From contig NC_068983.1 in the NCBI RefSeq assembly GCF_001194135.2, forward strand, positions 75,255,096 to 75,319,095: a stretch of 64,000 nucleotides of DNA, given 5' to 3'. Source of the stretch: Octopus bimaculoides (taxonomy: Eukaryota). The position numbers were made by a program, and so were the translations under genes. The notes beneath the pieces were generated by a model that had not been told where the DNA came from, made no database searches, and saw only the letters and a program-made list of their open reading frames with translations. Of this stretch, positions 14,011 through 28,013 are shown piece by piece. Within the stretch, counting starts at the first letter, position 1. Every line of letters starts with the position of its first letter.

Positions 14011-14854
14011 AACTATAGTATCTTTTAAAATCTTTTTATTCACGCATTTATTGGTAATTATAATTAACAACTCTAGTGGAATAAACAGCAAAGTCAAGCT
14101 CTGAAGGCTCTGAAAATGAAAATAACTCAGCAAGCAGCTACTGTTTTGAGGAAATCAACTCACAGCTTTACTATATCATTAAGATATAAAATCCTTTGGC
14201 AGTCAAAAAAAAACAACAAAAACACTGGGGAGTACTGATAAGCAAAATCTTCCTCCTCCCACCTGCAACCCATTCGCACAAACACAAATACACACACCCC
14301 AGTCCACTCCACTATTAAGCTATGACAACTCACAATCAGCAATGGTCATTAACAACTGCATGCTTTATCAAGCATTGCTTTTAGTATCTCTATTACATAC
14401 TGTACTAGTTTGGAATGTATGTCATGCAAAGATTAAATATTTTTCTCCACACACACAAACACACACAATTACTATGGATTCTCTTACAGCCAGTGAAAAA
14501 CCCGCCATTTAAACTGGCCATGTACAGCTCAAATATTCAACTTGCTTTATGTTCAAACTGGCCATATCAGGCCTCTCACACCTAGCCTACAATGTCATTT
14601 TAAAAACAGACAATCACATCTAGGTGCAGGCTGTGTGGTAGGAAGCCTGCTTCCAAACCACATGTATCTGGGCTCAGTCTCACTGCATGGCACCTTGAGC
14701 AAGTGTTTTCTACTATCACTTTGGGCCAACCAAAGCCTTGTGAGTTGATTTGCTAGATGGAAACTAAAAGAAACCCATCGTATATATACATACATTCATG
14801 TATGTGTGTGTGTGTGTGTTTGTGTGTGTGCGTGTGTGTGTAAAGGTTGTTTAC

Positions 14855-15290
14855 AGGTGCAAGAGTGGCTGTGTGGTGGTGGTGGTGGGGGGGGCTTGCT
14901 TCCCAACCACATGATTCTGGGTTCGGTCCTGCTGTATGGCACCTTGGGTGGGTGTCTTCTACTGTAGTATCAGGCCAACCAAGGCCTCGTGAGTGGATTT
15001 GGTAGACGGAAACTGAAAGAAGCCCGTCATGTGTGCATATATGTATATATAGATAGATAGATAGATAGATATGTATGTATTTGTCCCCCCCCCCCACCAT
15101 TGCTTGACAATCGATGTTGGTGTGTTTACGTCCCCGTAAACTTAGCAGTTCAGCAAAGGAGTCTGATAGAATATACTAGGCTTACAAAGAATAAGTCTTG
15201 GGCTCGACTTGCTCAATTAAAGGCATTGCTCCAGCTTGGCCACAATCAAATGACTGAAACAAGTAAACGAATATAAGTATAAAAGAATAT
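14855..15290 (+). mobile_element. Family A SINE, full length
   Basis: Head, CORE, (GATA)/(TA) microsatellite and 3' tail. Extra partial copies lie at 14615-14830 and 15310-15555. Confidence 0.8.
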
Positions 15291-15785
15291 ATATACACAT
15301 ATGTATATATCTGTATGACTTTGTGTCTGTGGTTGTCTCCCACTCCATCACCATTTGACAACTGATGTTAGTGCATTTACGTCCCTGTAACTTAGCGGTT
15401 CAGCAAAAAGAGTCCGATAGAATAAGTATCAGGCTTAAAAAAATTTTTTTTTAAATAAGTCCTGCCGTTGATTTGTTCAACTAATAAAACCTTTCAAGGT
15501 GGTGCTCCAGCATGGCCACAGTCAAATGACTGAAACAAGTAAAAGAATAAAAGAACATCATTAAAATCTCAAAGCTACAAGATAATGCAAGATTAATTCA
15601 AACCAATGTGAATCAATAAGTATTACATTTGATGAAGTAATCTGAATGCCAATAGGATAAGGTATCAGTTGGCATTGGTTGCCGGCACAATAACTGACAG
15701 CAACCCATCTCAGACTACCCCTGGTTCTGTGACACATACTTCCTGTTTTAATTTAATCCAAATTAAAATGTTCCATCAAAATTCC

Positions 15786-16194
15786 TCTTTTACTCTTTTA
15801 CTTGTTTCAGTCATTTGACTGCGGCCATGCTGGAGCACCGCCTTTAGTTGAGCAAATCGACCCCAGGACTTATTCTTTGTAAGCCTAGTACTTATTCTAT
15901 TGGTCTCTTTTGCCGAACCGCTAAGTTACGGGGACGTAAACACACCAGCATCGGTTGTCAAGCGAAGTTGGGGGACAAACACAGACACACAAACACAGAC
16001 ACACACACATACATATACGTATATATACATATATACGACAGGCTTCTTTCAGTTTCCGTCTACCAAATCCACTCACAAGGCTTTGGTCGGCCCAAGGCTA
16101 TAGTAGAAGACACTTGCCCAAGGTGCCACGCAGTGGGACTGAACCCAGAACCATGTGGTTGGTAAGCAAGTTACTTACCACACAACCACTCCTG
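15786..16194 (-). mobile_element. Family A SINE, young full-length copy
   Basis: Near-identical to 39270-39662, 21065-21380 and 26140-26500. Confidence 0.85.
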
Positions 16195-16836
16195 TTAATA
16201 TATGTTTCAAACTTCAATTTAATAATCCTTTCTACTATAGGCACAAGGCCTGAAATTTTGAGGGAAGGACACTAGTCTTTTACATCAACCCCAGTGTTTA
16301 ACTGGCACTTAATTTATCGACCCTGAAAGGATGAAAGGCAAAGCTGACCTCGGCAGAACTCAGAGCATTGCAACGGGTGAAATACTGCTAAGCATATTGC
16401 CCGGGCATGCTAACAATTCTGCCAGCTCACTGCCTTATTTCAGCTTAATAATGACAGATGTTGTATTCATTACTTGTGATCAACTTTTTGTTTTCTAATG
16501 ACAAAAAAATTATTTTACAAAATTCTTCATTACTTTCAAAATTAATTGAAACAAAAGCAAAGCATTTTAATAGAAACGTAATAATGGAAAAGTTACCATG
16601 GGACTAACATATGTACACCAGTATCACATGCAGACAGTCATAAAAAGCCCAAATCCACTTTTACATCTGAAAATGAAACAATTAAGAAACTATGGTATGC
16701 TATGGCAAGTACTGGGAATGTTTTTCATTACCTTATCCCAATGTAAGTTCAAATGGTAGACTGTGAGATGAAGGAGATTAGGCTGTTATTCTTAGCAGAT
16801 CAAATAATCTCTTAGATGTTCTCTAAAAGGGTAAAA

Positions 16837-17160
16837 ACCCCCTTCGGTTATGAATGACTGTGGGATTGCACCTAGAAAGATCCCTTCCAAGGCAAAATCC
16901 AGGCAAGGTTGTTTATGCAGTCACCCATGCACACCAGCCTCCCCCTCTCCATGCCACTGATGTTATCTGAGGGAAAGGCAAAGGCCGATACAGCTTTGCA
17001 CCAGTGACATCACAACTCATTTCTACAGGCAAGTGAACTGCAGCAACATGAAATAAAGTGTCTTGCTCAAGAACACAACACACAGCCCAGTCCAGGAATC
17101 AAACTCATTACCATATGATTGTGAGCCTGACACTCTAACCACTGAGCCATGTTCCTTCAC
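16837..17160 (-). mobile_element. tRNA-head + CORE SINE with alternative 3' module (family I)
   Basis: Head and CORE resemble 52800-52942, but the tail differs (ending ...GAAGGGGG). A second copy lies at about 44745-45065. Confidence 0.75.
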
Positions 17161-18372
17161 ATGGGTTCTCTAGATGTTCTCTATTCGTCTAATTATTGAT
17201 TTCTCACATATGCACAAGGCCTCAGATGGTGAATGAATATAGACAATTTTGAGTTCAAATTCTGCCAAGGACTACTTAGCCCTTCATTCTTTTGGGGTCG
17301 ATAAAATAAGTACCACGGGGACATGGGGGTCAATGTAATTGACAATTATTCTTGGGTTAAGAGTATAAGAACTGCAGCCCCTCTGCCAAGCCATGTTGAG
17401 CCAGTGTGGCAGAGTAGGCTCATCAAACCAGTATGGTCTCAAGCTCAAATTCATGGCCTGTACATCAGACTGTGGTTGGTGGAGAAGACATACTGAGGCC
17501 TTTGTCCTGCAATGGAATGAACATAGGTAATCCAACAGAAATTGAACGATATAAACAATCTTGCACAACTGGTTCACATCATGGAATGTTTTTACTTAGG
17601 CAAAGTATTCTTTCTACTCTTTTACTCATCTATGCCTCCTTTTCTACCTACTTTCTACAGTTGTCTCCTCCTTTTACTCTTTCATACTACATATACATAC
17701 ATGTTCATATTGGTATGGGTTCAACAATATCTCTCTCTCTCTCTCTCTCTCTCTGCATGTGCTTTACTAGCTTTAATCATCGTAATAAGGCCATGCTGGA
17801 GTAATGCCTCCAAGTGTTTTAAGCAGTTAGATCAATCCCAGTATTTTTATTTCAGTTTGGCGCTAATTTCACCAAATCACTAAATTATGCTTCCTAGGGT
17901 TTGTGGGGGGGGGGGTACACACCAGTATTTTGCTGGTAAATATAAACATACACACAGCACTATGCATGACATAGTTTCTATCTACTATGTGGGACTAATA
18001 TATATAAAGTATATATTCCACTCACAGGGTATTAGTCACTCCAAAACTATAATAAAAGTGGAACTAATATATATGAAGTGTATGTGACCTGTACATACAT
18101 AAACATGTGCGCGTCTCAACCTTGAGTGTTACATACAAGCATATTATACACACACACACACATATAAATATAGTTCTACACTTTTTACCCTTTTACTGAT
18201 TTCACCCATACTTAGGCACAGCTTTAATTGATGTATTAAAACCAACCAACTCCATAATTAATTAAAATCTGATACTTATTCAAACAGTCTCTTTTAACCA
18301 AAGTTACAGGGAAGTAAACAAACCAACATTGATTATAAAGTGGTGAAAGACAAACATAACCACAAACTGCAT

Positions 18373-18411
<39 letters not shown>

Positions 18412-19513
18412 TGCATGCAAACATATATAACAGTACCAATTCAATATGATAAATATATGTATAGACACAGTCGCGATTGTGTCATAAGAAGCTTACTTTC
18501 CAACCACATGGTTCCATGTTCAGTCCCACAGTGTGGCACTTTGGCCAAATGTCTTCTACTATAACCTTGGGCTGACCAAAGCCTTATGAGTGGATTTGGT
18601 AGACAAAAACTCAAAGAAGTCTGTTGTGTATGTATATGCATATATAAATATAGATACTAGCATAAAAACTGCCCTATTGGATAGCTTTTAAGCCACTAAC
18701 CCCAAATGGGAAGATCTGCAAACAGATCTCTGACTTGTTTTGGAGAATTTGTTGCAATTGCTTCCTCCAGAGTCATATTCCAATGATGACCATATTCATT
18801 GCTAAACATCATGTAAAAAAAAAAACGCCTCAAACAATCGCAGTAGTGAAAACATAGTAACCCAAAATTTTAGGATTGCAGGTCCGGATTCAGCCCGGAA
18901 TGTTTTCAATTTACTCATGGAGTCAGCCTGTTCCCAAAATAGTATATGTTGGGCTACAGCCTCCAGGAGTAAAGTTGAAAAAGTGTGACACACTGACATT
19001 CACATTTATTATATGTTTAATTTTGGGGAAACTGTATTTCAATTAAAGTGTGTGTGTGTGTGTGTGTGCGTGCGTGTGCGTGTGCGTGTGCGTGTGCGTG
19101 CGCGCGCACACACACACACATACATGTATTAAAGAAAGCAAAAAATAAAACAAAAATGAGTGTTCAGTAGTTGGTTCAGCATGGTGGCCACAGGGATTTC
19201 TGTCCAGGAAAGTTGTACATTATCTCCCTCTTTCTCTCACATACCCACTCTCTCCCTCTCTCTTATTATTATTCCCAATTCCACCATCAACACAACTACT
19301 TTTAATAAAACAACATCAACTCTTCCTAAATTTCTTTCTTTCTCACTTTCTCTCTCTATCTCTATCTCTCTCTCTATCTCTCTCTCTCTCTCCGCCCTCA
19401 CTATCTTTATGCCTACTATTATTTTCACTCCAGCAGAGGAAGTGTCATTGAATAGTGAGACAGGGGGATCAAAGTGAGACACACTGACACACAGAAATTA
19501 GTTCTCGCATTTA

Positions 19514-19630
19514 TTAGAAGTAGTTGATAGCTTCTGCTACCCAGGTGACCAAGTCTGTAGTGGGTTTGGATACTCGGAGAGCGTTGCCACTAGAATAAGA
19601 ATATTCTGGGCAAAGTTCAGAAAGCTCCTA
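19514..19630 (+). mobile_element. RTE-clade LINE RT-region fragment
   Basis: Translates LEVVDSFCYPGDQVCSGFGYSESVATRIRIFWAKFRKLP, matching the RTE post-YADD motif (V..F.YLG....G...E...RI..AW..F). Confidence 0.75.
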
Positions 19631-19721
19631 CCTCTACTGGGTTCTCTATAAAAATGTCAAGTGCTGAAGACAGAGAGTGGGGAAAGGAGAAACATTGGCA
19701 CCCCAGGCTAACACTGGCACA

Positions 19722-20084
19722 TGTAAGGTGTTGTTATCTGTTTGGTGGGATATGAAAGGTTTAGTCCACTTTGAAGTTTTAAACCCAAACTAAGCAATAA
19801 CAAAGGAGATCTACTGCAAGCAGCTTGAGCGACTTAAGTCAACGATAGAAGAAAAATCATTTGGATGGAAAAAATATGAATTCTGTAGATGAGGTCAGAA
19901 CAGTAAAGGAGGAGTATTTTTCGTCATGGATAAGTGAATTTTGGAAGAGGTGCCTTGCAAGTCAATCAGATGTATGGAAGAATATTGTAGAAAATGAAGG
20001 AGAGAATAATTTAGATCTTTGTTTATCTTAAGTTTCAAAAATAAAAGTTTAAAAAAACTCCATTATTTATGGGATGACCCAATA
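19722..20084 (+). mobile_element. Internally deleted mariner transposon, 3' part
   Basis: Translations KVLLSVWWDMKGLVHFEVLNPN*AITKEIYCKQLERLKSTIEEK and NSVDEVRTVKEEYFSSWISEFWKRCLASQSDVWKNIVENEG are mariner DD34D transposase segments. A TIR-like end TTATGGGATGACCCAATA is followed by TA. Confidence 0.8.
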
Positions 20085-21064
20085 TATCTGTGTGTGTCTG
20101 TTTGTCCCCCCACCACCATCGCTTGACAACCGATGTTGGTGTGTTTATGTCCCCGTAACTAAGTGGTTCGGCAAATGAGACTAATAGAATAAGTACTGGG
20201 CTTTCAACGAATAAGTCCTGGGGTTCATTTCTTTGACTAAGACTCTTTAAGGCGGTGCTCCAGCATGGCCACAACCAAATAACTGAACCATGTAAAAGAA
20301 TAAAGTAATAAAAGAATAAAGGAATAAAAGAAAAAGGCAATGGTGAAACAACAACAACTATAAAAAAACACACTGCAAAACAACTATGTTTTTAATCTAT
20401 CTAATATGTAACGATATGTAATAATACAATAAAAGAGATCAATGAACTGTAAACTTTGCAGGCCTGTTCGGCTTCTCTCCTTTCTCTATTGGTAAGTAAT
20501 TCCTCTGCTGAGTTTCCATAGAAACTTAATTCACTCACAGCCAGGAATATATTCAAAAGATTGCATAGTAGGAATGAAAATAATATCATGTGTTTAACCC
20601 TTTTGATGCTATCCTGTCTGACACCACCTCAGTTTCTAGGATACAAAATAGCTGATTTGACAAGTTTTCATGTATCTGAATTTTAAAACCTTGCATCATA
20701 ATTGTAAATAAGAAGCATTTTTGTTGTTGTTGTTGTTCCAAACAACAGCTTAAATAATGGTTACTAAATTACTCAAAATTATCAGCTGTCTTTTCACTTG
20801 TTTCAGTTACCAGTCTACGGCCATGCTGGGGCACTGCCTTGAAGGGTTTTAGTTCTACAATTCAACCCCAATACCTAATTTTTGTTAAGCTTGGTACTTT
20901 TTCTACTGGTCTCTTTTGGTGCACCACTAAGTTACAGGGACATAAGCAAACTCCTGCAACAGTTCTCAAATGATGATGGCGAGACAAACACAACACACAC
21001 ACAGTTAATCCACATTACTCTGTAAGGAGTATAGGGCTGGGTTTTCAAGTTTATCTGGCATATA

Positions 21065-21380
21065 TATTTCTCTCTTTTACTCGTTTACTTGTTTCAGTCA
21101 TTTGACTGTAGCCATGCTGGAGCACTGCCTTTAGTCGAGCAAATTGACCCCAGGACTTGTTCTTTGTAAACCTAGTACTTATTCTATCGGTCTCTTTTGC
21201 CAAACCGCTAAGATACGGGGACGTAAACACACCAGCATCGGTTGTCAAGTGAAGTTGTGGGGACAAACACATTTACACAAACACACACACACACATATAT
21301 ACGACGGGCTTCTTTCAGTTTCCATTTACCAAATCCACTCACAAGGCTTTGGTCGGCCCGAGGCTATAGTAGAAAACACT
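21065..21380 (-). mobile_element. Family A SINE truncated by assembly gap
   Basis: Family A sequence running into the N-run at 21381. Confidence 0.8.
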
Positions 21381-21792
21381 NNNNNNNNNNNNNNNNNNNN
21401 NNNNNNNNNNNNNNNNNNNNNNNNNNNNNNNNNNNNNNNNNNNNNNNNNNNNNNNNNNNNNNNNNNNNNNNNNNNNNNNNNNNNNNNNNNNNNNNNNNNN
21501 NNNNNNNNNNNNNNNNNNNNNNNNNNNNNNNNNNNNNNNNNNNNNNNNNNNNNNNNNNNNNNNNNNNNNNNNNNNNNNNNNNNNNNNNNNNNNNNNNNNN
21601 NNNNNNNNNNNNNNNNNNNNNNNNNNNNNNNNNNNNNNNNNNNNNNNNNNNNNNNNNNNNNNNNNNNNNNNNNNNNNNNNNNNNNNNNNNNNNNNNNNNN
21701 NNNNNNNNNNNNNNNNNNNNNNNNNNNNNNNNNNNNNNNNNNNNNNNNNNNNNNNNNNNNNNNNNNNNNNNNNNNNNNNNNNNNNNNNNNNN
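21381..21792. other. Assembly gap
   Basis: N-run. Other gaps lie at 28804-29169, 42380-43333, 48168-48726, 49271-49370, 53302-53407 and about 55336-55345. Confidence 1.
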
Positions 21793-21816
21793 ATCACTTA
21801 AGCATAGAGGGGACTA

Positions 21817-23121
21817 CTGTAAAAACCCATGTAATTTGCGCACCTGTGTAATTTATGCAGGTGATTTTCAGGATAAAAATTGTTAAAAAAAAGGTTCTAC
21901 TCAAATAAAATTTGCACTCAAAAGTTTTCAGAATTGCCGATATGCCCAAGGGAGAAAAGGTTTTCAATTTAGTTGTATTTAGTATAATTTCACTTACATA
22001 TGATTAGATTTTATTATATTTTCATTAAATAAAAATAATTTCTGTTTAACAGGTATCACATTGAAAGATGTTAAATTACGAAATGTTTGTGTTGTTTATA
22101 ATAAACTTTATTTTACATTTCTTGCCCATTAGAGATTACGTCTGATTTTTAGCATACATCTGTATGTCTTCTTAAATCACTATCATAGGAAAAGTTGTTG
22201 ATGAGTCTTATCAACAAAAACAAAGCTTTTAAATACACACAAGTGTTACAAAATAAGTTTAATTACCAATAGACATCAGTTTGGATGACACTTTACTCAA
22301 CCGATAAAGGAAGGTGACCAATCAAACTGATTATGTAAACAGAATTCTGATTGGTCAAAAGTGTCTTCTTGTCTCCAGCTCTGATTTTCTGCCTATTCAA
22401 AATTTTGATCTCTTTCACACTTATAAAATGTCAAGCAAACTTTAAAATTTGTCAGTGTTTTAGCCGGGGAAACTAATCTGATAGTTTGGTAACCCGCTAA
22501 ATTAAACATTAAAAATCGAAATGAGAAAATAAACAGCTTTGCAACGTTAACTCGGTATTTATTGAACAAGAGAGGTGCGAAATTTAAGAAGCGACTTGTT
22601 AGAATATACACATCTGTGAGGAGACGTAAACAAGAATAGCAAAAATCTACTATACCAAAAGAACTGGTAATACATGCATTACAAGTGTCCTATGAAGAGC
22701 ACATAAGATTGCTGCCTAATTCAACATGAATGTGAAACAACATCATATAAGGTAAATGAAGGTTTCTGCAGGAATGTTAAGTCATATTCACTTAGTGAGT
22801 TTACATGCACAAAGATGAATTATGATGTTGTCGACGGCATTAGATACAGTAAAATATGGCCCACACCATGATTACCAGTATAACTGTCAAACTTTGGAAA
22901 GTAGCTAACCATCTAATGGTTTTTGTAAATTTATACAGAAAAAGTAAGCATTATACTGTCCAGCATAAATAAAAGTCACCTTCCAGTACTAATGTTTACA
23001 TTTGTAAGTCATTTTTCAACAAAAAAATTTCTGGAAACAATCTACTCATGTAACTTATGCACCCACTAAAGTTTATTTTTGTTTTTGCGAAAAAGTGTGT
23101 AAATTATATGGGTTTTTACAG
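21817..23121. mobile_element. Tc1/mariner-superfamily (pogo/Tc2-like) non-autonomous element
   Basis: TIR CTGTAAAAACCCAT(G/A)TAATTT (21 bp, 1 mismatch) at both ends, flanked by TA (21815-16, 23122-23). There is no intact ORF. Confidence 0.8.
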
Positions 23122-23197
23122 TAATAACTTGATGTACAACCCAGTATACATATGCTTCAGAAAGGAAGCATTAGTTGAGTATAGAGCAGTGATTCTT

Positions 23198-23235
<38 letters not shown>

Positions 23236-23405
23236 CAGTTGTTTACTGTCAACTTAATGTGACAGACCCATTAAGGAAATCATACTACTGCTATTTAGCC
23301 CAAGGAAGCTAGACCACTTCCTGTTGGCCTTGACACATTTCCTGTGTCCTTATATTTGTGAAGGGGAGACAAGCTTCCCCACCCACCTTTAGTCACATAT
23401 ATATG

Positions 23406-23443
<38 letters not shown>

Positions 23444-23596
23444 ACTCTACCTCTGGTATTTGAGTACTCTTTTTTCCACCTTGTTGCACATTTCATGTGC
23501 TTACTCCGGTATATATATATATATATATATATGTAACCTCGTGGGCATCGGTACCATTTTCCTCTTTCTCCGTTCTTCCATTCTCCGAACTTTCCA

Positions 23597-23632
23597 TCTT
23601 TCCGACGAAGGGCTACGCCGAAACGTCATACA
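23597..23632 (+). ncRNA. Degenerate hammerhead motif (same family as 50718-50754)
   Basis: UCUUU-CCGACGA-A-GGGC(uac)GCC-GAAA-CG-UC. Core U4 is changed to C and the stem I partner has decayed. Downstream GAGCGTC...GTCCTC...TTGTTG and the (TA)n tail match the 50620-50760 element. Confidence 0.45.
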
Positions 23633-23722
23633 CTCTCTCTTTCCTTTCCTGAGCGTCCAATAATACTATCCATATCACGTCCTCACTTTGTTGTTCTTTT
23701 GTTTTTTTGTTATTGTTTTTTT

Positions 23723-23759
<37 letters not shown>

Positions 23760-24021
23760 TTATGTGTTTCAGCCAAGTGGCTGCGGTCATGCTGGTGCAC
23801 CACTATGCATATTTGCAATTCTTTTCCCTAGTAAACTGCACTTCAGATTCAAGGTTTTGATGAAGATATAAGGTGTTATTCAAGCACTCAACTATGAGTC
23901 CCCTGCATCTTCTAGCAAAAACAGCTGTAAGCTAATGAAGTTCATAAGATAATAATTTATCCCTTTGTCATCTTTTCTTCTTATACACACACATATGTAT
24001 GTATTTGTGTGGGTGGGTGTG

Positions 24022-24070
<49 letters not shown>

Positions 24071-24600
24071 CAGGCTTCCATCACCAAAACAAAAATGTCA
24101 ATCACAAGGTTTTGTTCGGGGTTATAGTAGCAGACAGTTGCCCAAGGTGCCACACAGTGGGATTGAACCCAAGACCACATGGTTAGGAAACAAGCATCTT
24201 ACTATGCTGCCATGCTGATAATTCAAAAAGAGAAATTATTTGAAACAAATGGACAATTTGGGAGATTTTAGGCGTTTTCATATTTTATCAGAAACAGTGT
24301 CACAAACAGGCTAAACTCAGTAAAATATGTGTCAAGTGATAATTCTCATTGCTAATGTTGTTGAACAAGTTTCCTATTACACAAATTCTTTAGAAGAATA
24401 GGACAAGGGCACACAGTTTTGACTGTTCCAGAAGACATTTGCGAGTATTGCAGATCACAGAGAATGATAATTTTAATTAATTTACAAAGCATTATTTTTT
24501 TTTTTTAAATCACTCTTCTTTTTTCAGAATTAGAAAAATGTATTTCAATATAAGTGAATGATGTCTTTTGTATGTGTGTGTGTGTATGTATGTATGTTTG

Positions 24601-24663
<63 letters not shown>

Positions 24664-24992
24664 AAATACAAAAACATTTCACTAAACCCTGGAATTTCTT
24701 CCTTTATAAGTAGGCTGTAACATCCTTGGTACTTATGTGAATTTTTTGCTACCCTGGTAACTATTTATTTTTTCCGTGTTATTTGCATGCATTAAAAAAA
24801 TATGCATACATTTATATACATATATAGGAGAATATACAAAAAATAACAACAGACGAGGACAGGTGGTGTAAATAACAAAAGTCTATGCATGTTTAGGACA
24901 ATCAATAAGTTGCATTATAGTTTCAAAAAGTTTGTATAATTTGTTTAGTGTTTTTGTGTATGCCTGAGCATGTCTGTGTTACACATAAACAA

Positions 24993-25023
<31 letters not shown>

Positions 25024-25466
25024 TAGATAGATATAGAGAGATGCATGTGTATGTATGTATACACACACACGTGTGTATGAGTCTAGTTCCACATGTTATC
25101 ACATTTACATTGCACGGGTAGCAGAGGTGTTTGTTTCTGTCCTACCTAGCAGCTCAGCAGTTCCATCTCCAGACACCACTGGAATAAAGTACCTTACTTG
25201 AAAGTAAGTCATAACTGACATCAAGAAAGGCAACTGACCAGAGACTAGTGTTCCCAAGAAGTCTCACTGAACCCATACCAGCATGGAAAAAGTAAATGTA
25301 AAAGCAATAATGATGATGAGGTCTGTGAATAAGAAGAGGTGGGAATTTGCAATATGCCTATCAATTACATGCATATTAATTTATTACAAGCTAAAGTTTC
25401 ACTGTTGCTACACTAAATTTCATGACACTTGGTGTTCTATTTCCTCTTCTCTCTCTCTCTTTCTCA

Positions 25467-25557
<91 letters not shown>

Positions 25558-26139
25558 GTATGAACGCTTCAGTTCTTAAGGAGAGTTTCTACACAATTTC
25601 CATCAACTAAATTCACTCACAAAGCATCTCATCAACTAAATTCGCTCACAAAGCATCTGTCACCTTGGAGCTGTAGAAGAAAACATGAAATCATGGAGCT
25701 GTGAAGCAAGCTTCATAACTAGTTATGCTTGCACCTCATCATCATTGTTTGATGTCTGCTTTCCTTGCAGCATGGGTCAGACCATTTGACAAGAGTTGGT
25801 ACACCAAACCTTACTGTCAGCTTTGGCATTGTTTCTATGGCTGAATGCTCTTCCTAATGCTAACCACTTTATGGAATCTACGGGGTGCTTTTTATGTGAC
25901 ACCAGCACCAGTGAGGTCACTAGGTAACTTGCAAGACAAAACCCTTCAACTAAGTGAAGAGTAGTTTTGAAAATGGTGGCTTTATATCAGGTAATGAGAG
26001 GTTAAAGCATGATAGAGGAACTGAAACAGAGGTCTTCTCACTATAGAGGAAATACATGGCTACCCCAATTAGGATGGGGAAGATGGGTTGGGGTATACCT
26101 ATATTGTTAAAATAATTAGAACAATCATCTAGAAGTACT

Positions 26140-26500
26140 CTTTATTTTTTACTCTTTTACTTGTTTCAGTCATTTGACTGTGGCCATGCTGGAGCACCGC
26201 CTTTAGTCGAGCAAATCGACCCCAGGACTTATTTTTTGTAAGCCTAGTACTTATTCTATCTGTCTTTTTTGCCGAACTGCTAAGTTACGGGGACATAAAC
26301 ACACCAGCATCGGTTCTCAAGCGATGTTGTGGGGACAAACACAGACACACAAACATATACACACACATACATATATATACGACAGGCTTCTTTCAGTTTC
26401 TGTCTACCAAATCCACTCACAAGGCTTTGGTCGGCCCAAGGCTATAGTAGAAGACACTTGCCCAAGGTGCCACGCAGTGGGAATGAACCTGGAACCATGT
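26140..26500 (-). mobile_element. Family A SINE (head truncated)
   Basis: High similarity to 15786-16194. Confidence 0.8.
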
Positions 26501-28013
26501 AACTATAAATTTTACTTTACATAAATTATATATAATTGATATTTCAGTGCAATAAATAAATATAAATGCTGCAATGTCAATTTACAAAACTTCAAATATT
26601 CTTCAGATTTCGTTATGTCACTTAAGACTGTTGATATACCATCTTAGCCATCTTTGACACACTTTTGTAAGAATAAAAATCCTATAAACAGGTTTTGCTT
26701 GCATATATAATGTTGATAGTACACATCGTGTGTATTTGAGAGGAGGGAGACTCATTGAAATCACCATCCAAATGTCAAGATATAGAATAAATGACAATGA
26801 TAATTTTTTCTTCCATTTCTTTCCCCTTCCAATTAGTTTTCATGTTCCCCACCACCACCACCACCACTCTACCTGGTTAAATAGATGTTCGTATGCAACT
26901 AAAATAGAGAACTGCTTAGAAGTACTTCATTTATTTATTTATTTATTTTTTCATAGAAAGTCAATGAATTAACAAAGCCTTATAGTATGGTTTTGTCAAA
27001 CAATTTAAGAAGCAGAGTGGGAGCACTAAGCAGTGACATGTATATTTGAACTGGCATATTTGATGTGTATATTTGAACACTGAATTTAAGAAGCTTGTCA
27101 TATTAAAGGGAGACCAACGTAACTCACAAAATTTGATTCCATAAAAGCCACAAAAATACCATTAATGACATAATAGCAACAATAATTGTACAAAATTTAA
27201 TGATGATAATTCAATAACATCCTATTTTCACAAGCAACTTTTTATAATGTACACTAATCATGCAGTTAATGTGATATAGCAAAATGGTGCTATTGCTTGG
27301 GCCATAAATTCGACTTTTATGCCATGCAGCCACTGAGCTGTGCTCCTGATTAAGACTCAGACCATTGATACATCAACATACATGATTTCTTCCTTAATAC
27401 TTTAGCATTTAAACAGACCAGATTCAGCCTATCATACCTACCCCACAATGTCATTCTAAACTAAAACAATCACATTATCAAAATATTGACACTTCAAGAT
27501 AAAGCATGATTAATTCAAAACAATATGGATAAATAAGCATTACATTTGACAAATTAATCTGCATGCTAGCAGGTTAAGGGATTAACAATGGTATAGCAAG
27601 TCAAAACACATTTGCTTCAATATTAAAATAACTAAGATCCATGAATACCGTTTGTTCATATTATTGCTTGCAAGGCCAATTGAAGTTATTGGAATGAAGA
27701 AATGGATGTAAGACAGTAAATACATATATTAAAATATAATGAAAACAAGTCTTTCTTTAATTAACATACATAAAGCCTTGGGAAATTAAAGAACAAAATC
27801 CTGTTCAAGTGCTAAACTTGTTGTCCAATTATTATCTATTAGTATATGGGTTTCTCAATAACTAAAATACTGTGGGAGCCTGAATGAAAACCCTCCCATA
27901 AACATTGTCATAAAAAACCTAAGTAAAGCTCATTTATGCTAGCCAAACAAACAAAAGAGCCACGAATATAATCATTCAATTTGTTAGAAATAGCAACCAA
28001 ACATCATTCAAAT

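Noticed and set aside
19040-19115. Functional Z-DNA/cruciform element from (GT)n(GC)n(AC)n
   Set aside because: Similar alternating tracts are common throughout the window (for example 4175-4220, 6750-6820, 58520-58620), and nothing singles this one out.
22393-22611. Transposase ORF inside the pogo/Tc2-like element
   Set aside because: No DDE/DDD or HTH motif could be read, and the element appears non-coding.
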